Origin: an uncultured delta proteobacterium
GTDB lineage: Bacteria > Desulfobacterota > Desulfomonilia > Desulfomonilales > Desulfomonilaceae
Direction of reading: 5' to 3'
Assembly: GCA_963789265.1 (NCBI GenBank)
Contig: CAWBKB010000007.1
Span: 160,001-224,000, forward strand
DNA length: 64,000 bases
Of the stretch, positions 1-12,200 are shown piece after piece. The position numbers were made by a program, and so were the translations under genes. Every line of letters begins with the position of its first letter. The stretch's first letter is position 1. The notes below the pieces were generated by a model that saw only the letters and a list, made by a program, of their open reading frames with translations, was not told the origin of the DNA and searched no databases.

Positions 1-549
1 GATCAGCACCAATGGTAGGGAGTGGCGCGACGCTTTCAGGGTTTCCGCGTGAAGGGCCTCGTCAAAATAGCGGCGGTTGTGAATGCAGGTCAAAGGGTCT
101 ATGTACGAAAGTTCCCTGTAGAATTCCCGTTCTTGCGCTCTCCGCTTCAGCTCCCGGTGCTCGAGAGCTTTCTGGACCGCCATTTGGATCTGATCCACAC
201 TCAAGGGCTTGATCAAATACTCAAGCGCGCCGGCCTTCATGCACTGGACGGCATTGTCTATGGATGCGTAGCCTGTAACCACAATTACGTCAGTCCCACT
301 CGTGCCGGACTTTAAGCTTTTGATGAGCGAAAGTCCGTCCAGGCCCGGTAGTCGCATATCCGTCACGATCAGATCATAAGCTTTCGCCTCATTTTTCTGA
401 AGAGCTTCCACACCGTCGCCGCAAACGTCCACTTCAAATCCGGCCTCTCCGATAGCGTCCGCAACTAGGTCTCGGACCACGGGATCGTCATCCACCACAA
501 GGATTCCTGGATTTTCGGGGTTTTCGTCGATAGGTGACAGAGCTATCAT
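1..549 (-). CDS. Response regulator diguanylate cyclase (REC-GGDEF), runs off window start
   Basis: Manual translation from ATG 549: MIALSP...GILVVDDDPVVR...DLIVTDMRLPGLDG...VVTGY...YLIKP (receiver domain), then YIDPLTCIHNRRYF (start of GGDEF domain). Not in the ORF track because it is truncated. Confidence 0.85.
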   Translation of the reverse strand, partial: MIALSPIDENPENPGILVVDDDPVVRDLVADAIGEAGFEVDVCGDGVEALQKNEAKAYDLIVTDMRLPGLDGLSLIKSLKSGTSGTDVIVVTGYASIDNAVQCMKAGALEYLIKPLSVDQIQMAVQKALEHRELKRRAQEREFYRELSYIDPLTCIHNRRYFDEALHAETLKASRHSLPLVLI

Positions 550-973
550 CTGGGTTGTCCGGGCTTGTCATCTTTGCTTCTCCCGACCAAGTTGCCGGCA
601 AAATGACCAGCCGCCATTCATTGCAGTCTCTATACTCTCGCGCTTCGGTCAGGGCAACCCTTTTGTGACTCTCGGGAAGAACGAACTATAAAAAGTGTAA
701 CAACACGGCCCCTTCCCGTTGACTATCTTCCGTGAAAGGGTATGGACAGGAATCAAGCGCTTTAGCCGAATTACAGACCCACCTGTTAATTATAATGCTT
801 TGTAAATGTCCCTCACAATAGCGGCTCTTTGACTTCCCGATGCCTGCCGCAGACGCGATCCGGGGACCGCCTGAACGGCTTGAAAACACAATCGGAATTC
901 ATTTTCAAGACCGGCTACGGTTTCCTCCCACTCGGGCCGTAGTCCGGCCACATGGGATCGATCACACAATTTG

Positions 974-1201
974 GTAATCGTTCACCGCGGAGAGCGCAGA
1001 GACCGCGGAGAATTCTATTTTCTCCGAACGCTTATGCGAATTGTGTACAGCAGGTTCCGGTATGTGATCCCGCGATGCGGGGGAGGACAATGCCGACCTG
1101 ACTGTACGCGCGGTGATTGACGTGGAATTGAATAAACTATCCTTTATCTCTGCGTTCTCTGCGGACTCTGCGGTGAATCTTGAGGCCCGCTGAACGGTTA
1201 C
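974..1201. mobile_element. MITE: 11-bp TIRs GTAATCGTTCA / TGAACGGTTAC, 8-bp TSD ACAATTTG, carrying a CACCGCGGAGAGCGCAGAG-type inverted repeat pair
   Basis: ACAATTTG at 966-973 and 1202-1209; TIRs at 974-984 and 1191-1201 (1 mismatch); internal arms ~982-1010 and ~1148-1177. Confidence 0.8.
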
Positions 1202-1219
1202 ACAATTTGAATGCGGCGA

Positions 1220-2490
<1,271 letters not shown>

Positions 2491-2786
2491 TCATCCCCTG
2501 ACGCCATACGACGTGCGTTGAAGGCGCTTCATACGAGGTTATTCTGGTAAAATGAACGTCACGGTCTTGCGTTACGGTTACCGATTTGACCGACATTGTT
2601 GTAGTGGCACATGCGTTAACATAGCTCCGCGGGACGTGGGATTCCTCCCTTTTGTAAAGGGGGGTTAGGGCATCGGTGTTAAAATAGGCTCCAAGGCCTC
2701 CTCGTCCCGGAGGGTCGGCACGATAGTAGCCCGGCGATTTATCGCCCGGAATGAATGGCCAAGAGATCCTTCTTCGCCTCCGAGGG

Positions 2787-3956
2787 TCACAACCCGGCCA
2801 TTGCCCTGATTTCCTCCGCTCTGCGTGTGCTTTCCCACGTGAAATCGGGGTCTTCTCTTCCAAAGTGACCGTTCGCGGACGTTTTGTGGTATATGGGTCT
2901 TAGTAGATCCAGATATTCTATAATTCCCGCTGGCTTAAAACTGAATAGTTTTGAAACGATCTCGATGATTTTGTCATTCGGAACTTTTCCTGTGCCGTAT
3001 GTGTTCACCATTAAGGATACCGGCTCGGGGAAGCCGATGGCGTAGGCCACTTGAAGAAGACACTTCTCGGCCAAGCCTGCTGCGACTATATTCTTCGCAA
3101 CATGCCGGGCCATGTACGAGGCCGATCGGTCCACTTTGCTCGGGTCCTTGCCTGAAAAGGCACCACCGCCGTGAGCTCCGTAGCCGCCGTAAGTATCTAC
3201 GATAATCTTACGGCCGGTTAACCCGCAATCTCCCAGCGGTCCGCCCACCACGAATCTCCCTGTAGCATTAATGAGGTAACGCGTGTTCGCGTCCAGGAAT
3301 TTTGACGGAATAACTTTCTTAATGACTTCTTCTATAATGCCTTCTTTGATCTGATCATACGTGACGTCAGGGCAATGCTGAGCTGCCACGACGATGGTGT
3401 CCACCTTCTGTGGTTTTCCGTTTTCATATCGGACCGTGACTTGAGACTTCCCATCGGGTCGGAGGAAGGGAAGAATGCCTTCTTTGCGCACCTCAGTCAG
3501 CCTTTGGGTTAGCGAGTGCGCATAACTTATGGCCATGGGCATAAGTTCAGGCGTTTCGTCGCTGGCATACCCGAACATCAGTCCCTGGTCACCTGCCCCC
3601 TGCTCTCTGAACATTCCCTCACCCTCGGTAACTCCAATGGAAATGTCCGGGGACTGCTTGTCAAGAGTCACAATGACCGCGCAGGTCTCGCAGTCAAATC
3701 CCATGGACGCGTCTGTGTACCCTATTGTCCGGACAGCCTCGCGAGCCAGGTGGGGAATGTCTACGGAGGCATTTGTGGTGATCTCTCCGGCGATCATGAC
3801 GAGACCGGTAGTGACCAAGGTTTCGCAGGCAACCCTGGATTTGGGGTCCTGAGCCAGCATCGCATCGAGAACGGTATCGGATATCCTGTCGGCTATTTTA
3901 TCGGGATGGCCTTCAGTGACGGACTCGGATGAAAACAGATAACTTCTCATCCCCAT
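2787..3956 (-). CDS. metK: S-adenosylmethionine synthetase
   Basis: [33 protein letters not shown] signatures. Confidence 0.98.
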   Translation of the reverse strand: MGMRSYLFSSESVTEGHPDKIADRISDTVLDAMLAQDPKSRVACETLVTTGLVMIAGEITTNASVDIPHLAREAVRTIGYTDASMGFDCETCAVIVTLDKQSPDISIGVTEGEGMFREQGAGDQGLMFGYASDETPELMPMAISYAHSLTQRLTEVRKEGILPFLRPDGKSQVTVRYENGKPQKVDTIVVAAQHCPDVTYDQIKEGIIEEVIKKVIPSKFLDANTRYLINATGRFVVGGPLGDCGLTGRKIIVDTYGGYGAHGGGAFSGKDPSKVDRSASYMARHVAKNIVAAGLAEKCLLQVAYAIGFPEPVSLMVNTYGTGKVPNDKIIEIVSKLFSFKPAGIIEYLDLLRPIYHKTSANGHFGREDPDFTWESTRRAEEIRAMAGL

Positions 3957-4040
3957 CAGTGAATCTCCTTTCGGCCTGGTTTTTCAAACAGAAATCTGCA
4001 CAGATAAACTGGTAGTATTAACCACATTCGCCCCCCCGCG

Positions 4041-5498
4041 TCAAGAACGAAATCGCTCTACCATGCGTATGGTTTTCCAGTACCCGGAGCGGAAACGAAG
4101 CCAGAAGATTACGCCCAACGCCACAACATAGACGAGGACCCAGCTCCAGGCGGCAAAAAGACCCGCATGAAAGTAATCGATGATCAAATAGACAGGCGGA
4201 ATGAAAAATATCCAAGCCATGAGGATTTGGGCCCACATGGCGAATCGAGTGTCTCCCGCGCCTTTCAAGGCCCCTGAGAAAACAATGAATATCGTGTCAA
4301 ACATTGAGTAAATTGCGATGAGGCGCACCAGAACGATTCCCTTGGCCAGTATTGTATCAAATCCCCGGCTGATGTGGGCGGCCGGCCTGAACATTTCCAA
4401 CAGCGAGCCGGGGACAAAGAGGTATAGTACGGCTGGTATCGCCGTATATGCCAGTGCCAGCTTCAACGCGGAATAGGTGCTCTTCTGCGCTATTTCCGGC
4501 CGGTCCCGCCCGATGTACTCGCCCACGAGGGTCGAGGCGGCAATGGACATTCCAACCATGGGGAGAAAGGCCAGCATTTCTATGCTTAGGGCAATATTTG
4601 CCGCAGCCAGATCCGCTTCTCCCAGTCGTCCCACGAGGAGAATAAACATAGTGAAGGATGCGACATCCAGGAAGAATTGCACGCCTGAGGGGGCGCCATA
4701 GCGAAGAAGCATAGAGAAAAGCCTCGGATCCCATCTGAACTCTTTTCGCGTTCTATATTGGGCCTGATATCGAGGAGACAGAAACAACACGGCCCAGTAC
4801 AAGGCAGGGATGGCCCCAGTAATTGCAGTTGCGAGACCGGCGCCCCGTATGCCCATCTCCGGAAAACCCAACTTTCCAAAAATGAGCGCGTAAGCCAACA
4901 CCAGGTTCGCTCCGTTGCCGGCGAGGTTGCCCCACATCACTACAGCGGTGCGCCCGCGGCCGGAGAAGAAGGACGACAGGGCCGCATTGAACGGGAGCAC
5001 CACCCCACCCACCATAAGAATCGAGAAATACTCTTTTTCCAGCGTGCTAACTGCGACGCCGTGGCCGCTCCATGTGAAAATAATTTTGCCTATTGGTATG
5101 CAGGCCAGGATCAGGGGAGCTGCCGCAACGGAAAAGAAGACACCTTGCCACACCGCTCGTGCGCACGCGGGTTTGTCCCCCGAGCCGTGATGCTGAGCCA
5201 CAATGGCGTTGACGTACTGGGCAGTTCCAAGGAAGATCGAACAGATCGTGAAGTAAGTGATTCCTCCCGGCGTAGCGGCTGCAACCGAGTCCTCGCCGTA
5301 CCACGAGAGGAACATCCTGTCCACGAACAGCATCATGGTCATGGATGCTGTGGACAGGATCAGGGGAAGCGCAACGCGAATGACCTCTCGGTAGCCGCCG
5401 GCTTCTATCGTAGGTCCGGAGAGTACGGCGCCTGCAATCGATTCTCGTCGGCCGTCGCCACTTTTTGAAACGAGGCGGTCGGGCTCGGAATTTCCCAT
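4041..5498 (-). CDS. MATE family efflux transporter
   Basis: About 12 hydrophobic segments; LIFGKLGFPEMGIRGAGLAT and GALKGAGDT motifs. Confidence 0.9.
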   Translation of the reverse strand: MGNSEPDRLVSKSGDGRRESIAGAVLSGPTIEAGGYREVIRVALPLILSTASMTMMLFVDRMFLSWYGEDSVAAATPGGITYFTICSIFLGTAQYVNAIVAQHHGSGDKPACARAVWQGVFFSVAAAPLILACIPIGKIIFTWSGHGVAVSTLEKEYFSILMVGGVVLPFNAALSSFFSGRGRTAVVMWGNLAGNGANLVLAYALIFGKLGFPEMGIRGAGLATAITGAIPALYWAVLFLSPRYQAQYRTRKEFRWDPRLFSMLLRYGAPSGVQFFLDVASFTMFILLVGRLGEADLAAANIALSIEMLAFLPMVGMSIAASTLVGEYIGRDRPEIAQKSTYSALKLALAYTAIPAVLYLFVPGSLLEMFRPAAHISRGFDTILAKGIVLVRLIAIYSMFDTIFIVFSGALKGAGDTRFAMWAQILMAWIFFIPPVYLIIDYFHAGLFAAWSWVLVYVVALGVIFWLRFRSGYWKTIRMVERFRS

Positions 5499-5502
5499 TG
5501 CC

Positions 5503-6111
5503 TCATTTCTTTTTCAGCTTGGAGATAAAAGATCGGATGTCTCCCAAAGCAGACGGCTTGGGTGGTCCGGAGGCTTTGCCTTTAGCCTCCTCTTCCCTGG
5601 CGGCCGCGTTCTTATGGGGACTTTTCGCCGGAGATAATTTCTTGGTTTTTTGTGAGCGCTTTCTATTCTCAGCCCTCGAATGGGCCGTCTCTTCAATCAC
5701 CTCGACCTCTATCTCTTCATCGTCCATCCCGAGATCTGTCCGACCCACAGAGTTCGACGCTGAATCTACCGATTCCTCCTGGAATGAGGGGTTGGTGGCG
5801 TCCGCGCCGCAGGCAGGACATTTCTTAAAGGGATGCGGGCTTGGATGGCTGCAGTGTCCGCAGATGAAAAGGCCCGAAAGGAATTTGGATTCCCTGGCCA
5901 AGTCTCTCTGAACCGCCACTTCCCGACGCCTGGCCAGATCGTCCGCGGTGATAAGATTTTGAGCAAGCAGCGCCTTAATTAGGCTCACGAAACCGCGTGC
6001 AGTTAGCCCGTATTTCTGCCTCAACTCATGATCTGTCAGGGTGGAGCGGAAGTCAGCAAGGAAATTGTTGAGAGGGACTTTGCCGATGCGGTCTTGAGTT
6101 CGATCAGGCAT
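5503..6111 (-). CDS. Hypothetical protein: small helical N-terminal domain plus zinc ribbon
   Basis: CGHC...CPAC pair; N-terminus resembles that of 32627..33148. Confidence 0.7.
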   Translation of the reverse strand: MPDRTQDRIGKVPLNNFLADFRSTLTDHELRQKYGLTARGFVSLIKALLAQNLITADDLARRREVAVQRDLARESKFLSGLFICGHCSHPSPHPFKKCPACGADATNPSFQEESVDSASNSVGRTDLGMDDEEIEVEVIEETAHSRAENRKRSQKTKKLSPAKSPHKNAAAREEEAKGKASGPPKPSALGDIRSFISKLKKK

Positions 6112-6293
6112 GAACTTTGGCTCGGGTTAACAGTCAGAAGACAGATTTGTCAACGTAGGACACGGGGACCACGTTCCACGCCCTGTCGTCCAGGGATTTT
6201 GAACTAGGAACACTGACTGTCTTGACGGACGGGGTTGTAGCGAGGCCACGGGGCCACTACTTGAAGCAATAGAGACGTGCGCCCCGAAAAATT

Positions 6294-6587
6294 CTACCTG
6301 GACAAGGAAGTGTTCACGGCTTTCTTCAGGACAGGTGAATACTTCCATGTCACAACTCTGCGTGCATCAAGGATCAGCTCTTCCCCGGTCTGCGGATTTC
6401 TTCCCCGCCGGGAATGCTTCGACTTCACGGTCCACTTTCCAAAGCCGGAGATCATGACGTCCTCACCGGCTATGAGCCTAGCTTTAATTATATCCAATAG
6501 CTTTTCAACTATTTCGGTTGCCTCCCCTTTCATAAATCCACAATCGTCAGCTATTTTCTTCGCGATATCAGCCTTTGTAAGAGTCAT
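6294..6587 (-). CDS. ihfA: Integration host factor subunit (alpha-like)
   Basis: MTLTKADI, VMISGFGKW, GRNPQTGE, ARRVVTWK. Confidence 0.85.
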   Translation of the reverse strand: MTLTKADIAKKIADDCGFMKGEATEIVEKLLDIIKARLIAGEDVMISGFGKWTVKSKHSRRGRNPQTGEELILDARRVVTWKYSPVLKKAVNTSLSR

Positions 6588-6735
6588 CGAAGCCCTCCCA
6601 AAAAACAAAAAACGGAATGAAATGTTTGATTATTTATAACAACCGGTGCGGCGAAAGGCAAGACATTTCTCAAACTTCCGAGAGAAAAGCCTTCGCGGGA
6701 CGATAAGAGACACCGCGGCCGGTGCTCGCCGTCTC

Positions 6736-8279
6736 TCAGCTCGCGGTCCCTTTAAGAAGTCGACCATCGTAGCCCTGACTCCTCAAAGACGCCTGCACCA
6801 TGGCAGTCATGTCCCGCGGTCTGTACATGAAGCGGATGCCCGTACTTAGCCCGAAGCTGTTCATAAGGCGAAAATAGCGCCAGTACGGACCTGGAAATCC
6901 GAGGCACTTGAAAGCGAAAACGGCCGCCCGGGAGAAAACCAGAACCCGCTCGTCAAATCCCAGATAGACCTCGGGGCAGAGTGAAGCAGCGTGGGTCATT
7001 TGATCCACCGCACGGTCGAGATCCAGGTCTTCCGACAGGTACCACAGGCTCTTCAGGGGATCGACCATGTTCGATACGAAACCATCCTTCAATGCTATAT
7101 CCCATAGAGCAGTCCCAGGGTAAACTCGGACGCCGAAGAAATAATTAGCAACGTGGGTTACAGGACGCCCCTGCTTCTGAAGGTACTTCAGGCCGAAATC
7201 AAGAGACTCCTGCAAGGTCTCGTTGGTTTCCCCGGGCCGCCGATCATGAAGAACCACCACGTTGAGAATGAAGTGCGGTTTATGGCCTCGGCCGCGCGGA
7301 TCACTTCCGCCATGGTGAAGCCCTTTTTGTAGTTTCTGAGCATCGTGTCCGAAGCGGACTCGGGGGTTATCATGAACGATTGGAACCCTGCCCGCCACAT
7401 CAGAGCCAGGTACTCGGAATCGAGCCTTCTCGGATGCATGCCCATAGCCGTGAAGTTGGCCTTCCACGGCCTTCGCGCAATCTCTTCCAGAATGGCTATT
7501 GAGTGTTCTATGGGGTCATTGAATACAGAGTCAACGAATTCAAAGCTCTTGGGATGGTACTTGAACAGAGCTTCCTCGATCTCGTCCACTACCTCAATCG
7601 GCGACCGCAGACGCAGACTGTTGCCTTCCAGGGATTGATTGTACGTACAGTAGATGCAGTGCTGTCTGCACCCGCGTTTGGTTTGGATATTGTAGCTGCT
7701 GCCGATTTTCTGGTAGGGTTTAGTGTCTATCCACCTTCCGAGATCAGGACTTCGGCTGTCGAACTTGGTCAGTTTTGGCTCGGTAAGGTGAAACTTGCCG
7801 GCAACCATACGTCCCACCCCCGGGATCTCGTCAGGAGAGCCCCCCGTCTCGATAGCCTTTATCAGCTCGACAAAAGCTTCTTCGCCGTCGGCAACTACTA
7901 TGTAGTCGGCTCCCAGAAGCTCAATCACGTTTGCAGGCATCAGGCTTGCGCCTGATCCTCCCACCACCAGCGGCACAGAGGTAATCTCTCTGATGTACTT
8001 GGTAATCTTAACAATTTCAGGCAAGTAAGTAACAGGACACAGCATGTTCACATTGTCAATATTGCGAATTGACAGTCCTATTATTTGCGGTCTGAAAGAA
8101 CCCATGTTTCTCGATAACAACTTCCTCAAATTCTTCGGGGCAAAGCATAAGTCCAATACTCTGACGTCATGACCCGCAGCTTCCGTCGCGCCGGCTACGT
8201 AGCACAAACCTAGCGGCGGAGCGGCCAACAGGTCGCCTTTCCGATTGGTATTAATTAGCAATATACGCAAGTCAACCAC
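6736..8279 (-). CDS. Cobalamin-binding radical SAM protein (frameshift near 7232 in a G/C run)
   Basis: PPLGLCYVA and IGLSIRNIDN (B12-binding domain), IQTKRGCRQHCIYC (CX3CX2C); reading continues GGPG/ETNETLQES in the overlapping ORF 6736..7467. Confidence 0.88.
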
Positions 8280-8324
8280 CCTTCTAATTATTATGTCGGG
8301 CAGGCACGGACGGGCCGGACACGG

Positions 8325-9200
8325 TCAACAAGCCTGATCTCCGGCAACTAAAGCCACAGAAACCCACGCGCCGTTATGCCGAAAAATCCTTACATAAACA
8401 GGATCTTCGGCCGACACACGCGACCATCCCAGGGTTCCTTCAGTGAGATAAGCTTTCAGCGCGGTCCTATCGTGATGCTCGGGACATGATTCCACCCGCA
8501 CGTGTAGCGGATCGATGAGATGAAATCCACAACCCAGCGCTTTCACGACAGCTTCTTTAGCCGACCAGATCATAGCCGCTGTGTCTTCCCTCTTGCCTCC
8601 GGCTTCGAGTTCGCCCTCCTGAAACACCCTTTGAAATGGGTAGTCGCCTCGAAATGAAGCAGAATGCGCTGCATCAATTCCAATGCTGAACCCTGACCGG
8701 CAAACTGCCACCCATAAGGTGTCTCCCTCGTACGCGAAGCTAACGGCTGGGAGTTCTGAGCCATCAATGAGAAGATGCGGCTTGCCCAATTTGTCGGACG
8801 TTATTTCTATTCCGGGCAGGTCTGGATTCTTTAGGTACGGGACCTCGTCCAGCATTCCCGCAATAGAGACCCAAAGAGAAGACACTGCTGCCTGCTTGGC
8901 CCAACTGCGCCGCTTCCTGTCCCGGCCGGTGAAATGCAATCTGAAACCGGCGCACAATATCTCCGGATCGCAGTACGAGAACTCCAGAGTTAGAGCCGCT
9001 AGGCGCTCGGCCGCCCCTTGACTTGATAAGTGTTCAGCCGTCATCTGGTAGCCGGCAGCAACGCCGGTACTACTGTGAGACCGGTAGGATCGGCCTCTGT
9101 GCCGGTCATCGTAGGGTCGGCGTCCTTTCGAGCCGCTTTCCGGGCAAACGGTGGTCGCGTCGGAGATCTGCTTGGTCGCCAGTGCTGGGACGACGATCAT
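8325..9200 (-). CDS. 4'-phosphopantetheinyl transferase (Sfp-like)
   Basis: GKP, IGID, WSAKEAVVKALG. Start uncertain: ATGA overlap with the PKS stop at 9200, or 9044. Confidence 0.88.
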   Translation of the reverse strand: MIVVPALATKQISDATTVCPESGSKGRRPYDDRHRGRSYRSHSSTGVAAGYQMTAEHLSSQGAAERLAALTLEFSYCDPEILCAGFRLHFTGRDRKRRSWAKQAAVSSLWVSIAGMLDEVPYLKNPDLPGIEITSDKLGKPHLLIDGSELPAVSFAYEGDTLWVAVCRSGFSIGIDAAHSASFRGDYPFQRVFQEGELEAGGKREDTAAMIWSAKEAVVKALGCGFHLIDPLHVRVESCPEHHDRTALKAYLTEGTLGWSRVSAEDPVYVRIFRHNGAWVSVALVAGDQAC

Positions 9201-12200
9201 TTGGAAAACCATCGCATCATAATGTTCTTCGCTTGCATCACAACTGTTCCGTGCTCATCGAGGGCTCGCGCGTTCCAGCTTATTCCTTCGGCGTTTTGAT
9301 TCTGCATTAGCGCCTCGATGGTGATTCTTTCACCGTCTGAGCATTTTCTCAAGAACTGCATCTCGCCAATCCTATATGGAATCATGGATCGCTTCTCCGA
9401 CGGGTTCCTCATTACAATGTAGAAATTCACCACCTGCATGAGGGCCTCCAGGAGATAAGGTGAGTATTGGTACCGCGTCTGCAACGGATCTGCGAAGTCA
9501 CGGACTTTTCGATAGATCATCCGCCCGCGAATAGTTCGAGAGGAAGTGCCGTTCAAATCTTCGATCACCCGGTACCTGCCACGCAAATCAGTGCGGTCCT
9601 GATACCACTGTATCACCTCGTTACAATCCATAGGCCGGCTGTCCAGCTCATCCAGTCTCACAGGAAAACCGGGAAGTTTCTCCACTTGAAAGGGGCTTGT
9701 TCCCCGAAGCAGCACGAGAGCTTTATAATTTGCGTGAATTCGCTCCATGACCCGCCCTGACGGCGAAATTTCCCTGCTGGCAAGACTGACTTCGCAGACC
9801 ACCTCACCCGGAGAAGCATGTACGCGGCGGCAAGAAATTTCCGAAGATCTTGTGACGCCCGGTGGGCAATCAATGATCTCCAAGAACTGAGCGTCCCGAA
9901 TCCCTCGAACTTCGAGGTAAGGATACAGCACGCGAGCAGCCTCCATGAAGGTCTCCAGAGCCATAATCGCGGATACTAACGGGTGTCTTAGAAACTTGAA
10001 GGGCTTGTGGTCCTGAATCCACAAGTCCTTTTTCAGCGTAAATGACCGAGAGGCTTGAAGATCCCCCTTCAGCATGTCGACCCGCGAGATCGTTTCGATC
10101 ATCGGCAGATCTTCAGGCATAAACGCGACAGTGCCGGCTTCGATCTTGCCGGGCCCGGGCGTGACCTCTTCGGCATCGAGCAGGTACCTGTACTAAGATC
10201 GGGCAATGAGCGCATAAACAGAACCCAAACGTCCTGGGGCGGCGCCACGAAGACTTCACGGCAAAAGAGTCCTGCAAGCTCATGAGCGTGGATGTAACCG
10301 GCCTTCATGCGTTTCATGAGTGCTTTGATATCCGGATCTTCCGCCATGCCGGCCCCCTTGATGGGAGGCAACATCAGAGCTTTGAATCGTATTGACTGAT
10401 CCCGGTGGCGAAGCTGCGCCATTAATGCTGACATCAGCCTGTTTCCGGCGGAATAATTCGCCTGGCCCGGATTTCCCTGAATCGCGGCCGCCGACGAAAG
10501 GCAGGCAAAGAACTTCAAGCACTGCTTCTCTACCGCCGCGTAGAGATTCCAGGCACCCAGGAATTTGACGTCCACGGCTGCGGAGAAGTCGTCGGGGCTC
10601 ATCTGTTTTGCAAAATTGTCCCTGAGAATTCCTGCGCCATGAACGATTCCGTCGATTTTCCCGTAGCGTTCGATGATTTCTCGTACAACGGTTCCGACCT
10701 CCTCAGGATCGGTCACGTCGCACTTGAAGTACGTCGCTTCTATGCCCGACGATTGCAAATCTTCGAGGGTACGGACTATCTCCGTCGCCTTGGAAATCTT
10801 CGAAGTCTCTCGTCCTCGTTCCACATCCGACAGGCCGGGGCCGCGGGCTGCAACCGAATTGCCGATCGCTTCTTCCAACCGAGTTTTCTCGGACATGACT
10901 TGGTGGGAATCGGCATCGAGCGCAGTCCTCCCCAAAAAGATCATCTTGCACCCAAAGGGGACTAGGCTGCGAGCCAGAAAGGAAGTTACGCCGTATCCAC
11001 CGCCGGAAAAAACCACAACGTCTTCCGGTCCAAGTTCCAATGCGTCGGAATCCTGAAAAACCGATTGCGCACACACACCCCTGCGAGAAAAGGATTCTCC
11101 ATCTCGATAAATAGTCTCAATAACCTTCTGACCTCGATCCAGCGATCCGCGAATCGCATCTCTCAATTCGCTTTTCTCATAGAGTCGCACTGAGCGGAAC
11201 TGAACAGACCCAAACTCATGTGCCATGCTGAGAAACATCCCAAGCAATCCTTCGGCCAGCAGCCCCCCGGCGCCTTCGGTTCGATCGGTCTTGTGAAGAA
11301 GCAAAACGAACTTCTTTGCAGGGGATTCCAGGAAGGTCTTTAATGAGCAGAAAAATCCCTTGAGCAGGCGAGAAACATCCTGCACGCTCAGTTGCTTGGT
11401 AGCGGGCGCGTCATCCACTATGAAGACCATTCCCGCCAGGGCTTCAATCTGGCCGATCCGTCTAGCGGCCTTCGACGCTCCATCATCGGCGCGAATATCG
11501 AATTCCTTCCCGTCTTGGCCCATTCCACCTTCCACAAAGGTCAACGGAACAATATTTACCCCATAGTCCCGGCGAAAGACGTCTCCTGTGATTTTGCGAA
11601 GCTCGGTCCCGCTGGTGGGGGAAAAGATGGCCACTGATTCGAGCGGACTTAGCTCGATCAACTGAATAGGGCCGGCTTCCACAGGGATTTCTCTGAAAAC
11701 CAGCCTACGTATGCTCTGAGTCTCTTCGGACATCTCCGGTGCTGTCTGTTCCTCCGACTGAGCAGAAGGCGCGCCGGTCTTTGCAACCGGCCGCGCCTGC
11801 TCCGACCGGGTCACTACCTCGGCTATTCGATCGGAAATGTCCTTGACAGTCCGCACATCCATGAAATCTTCAAGCTCGATCTTGATCCCAAAGTGGCTCT
11901 CTACTGCATCCATGATGACGGGCAGACGGCTGGAACGTATCGAGAGGTCTTCTCTCAGGTCCATGTCCGGCTCGATCTCATCCCTTTCGTAGCCAGTGGC
12001 CTCCATAATTATTCGGATAACGGTCTCGGTGCCATCAACACTTTCCGGTTCAACCATAGGTACATTGCCCGCGGCCCGGACTGTCGACGAGAGTTGTCCC
12101 GGTACCGCGGGAACCAGGGGCGTGGCCTCCGTTGCAGGGCTTGCAGGAAGAACCACGTGTGTACCCATGCCTGGAAACATTTGCCCAAGTACTCCATCCA

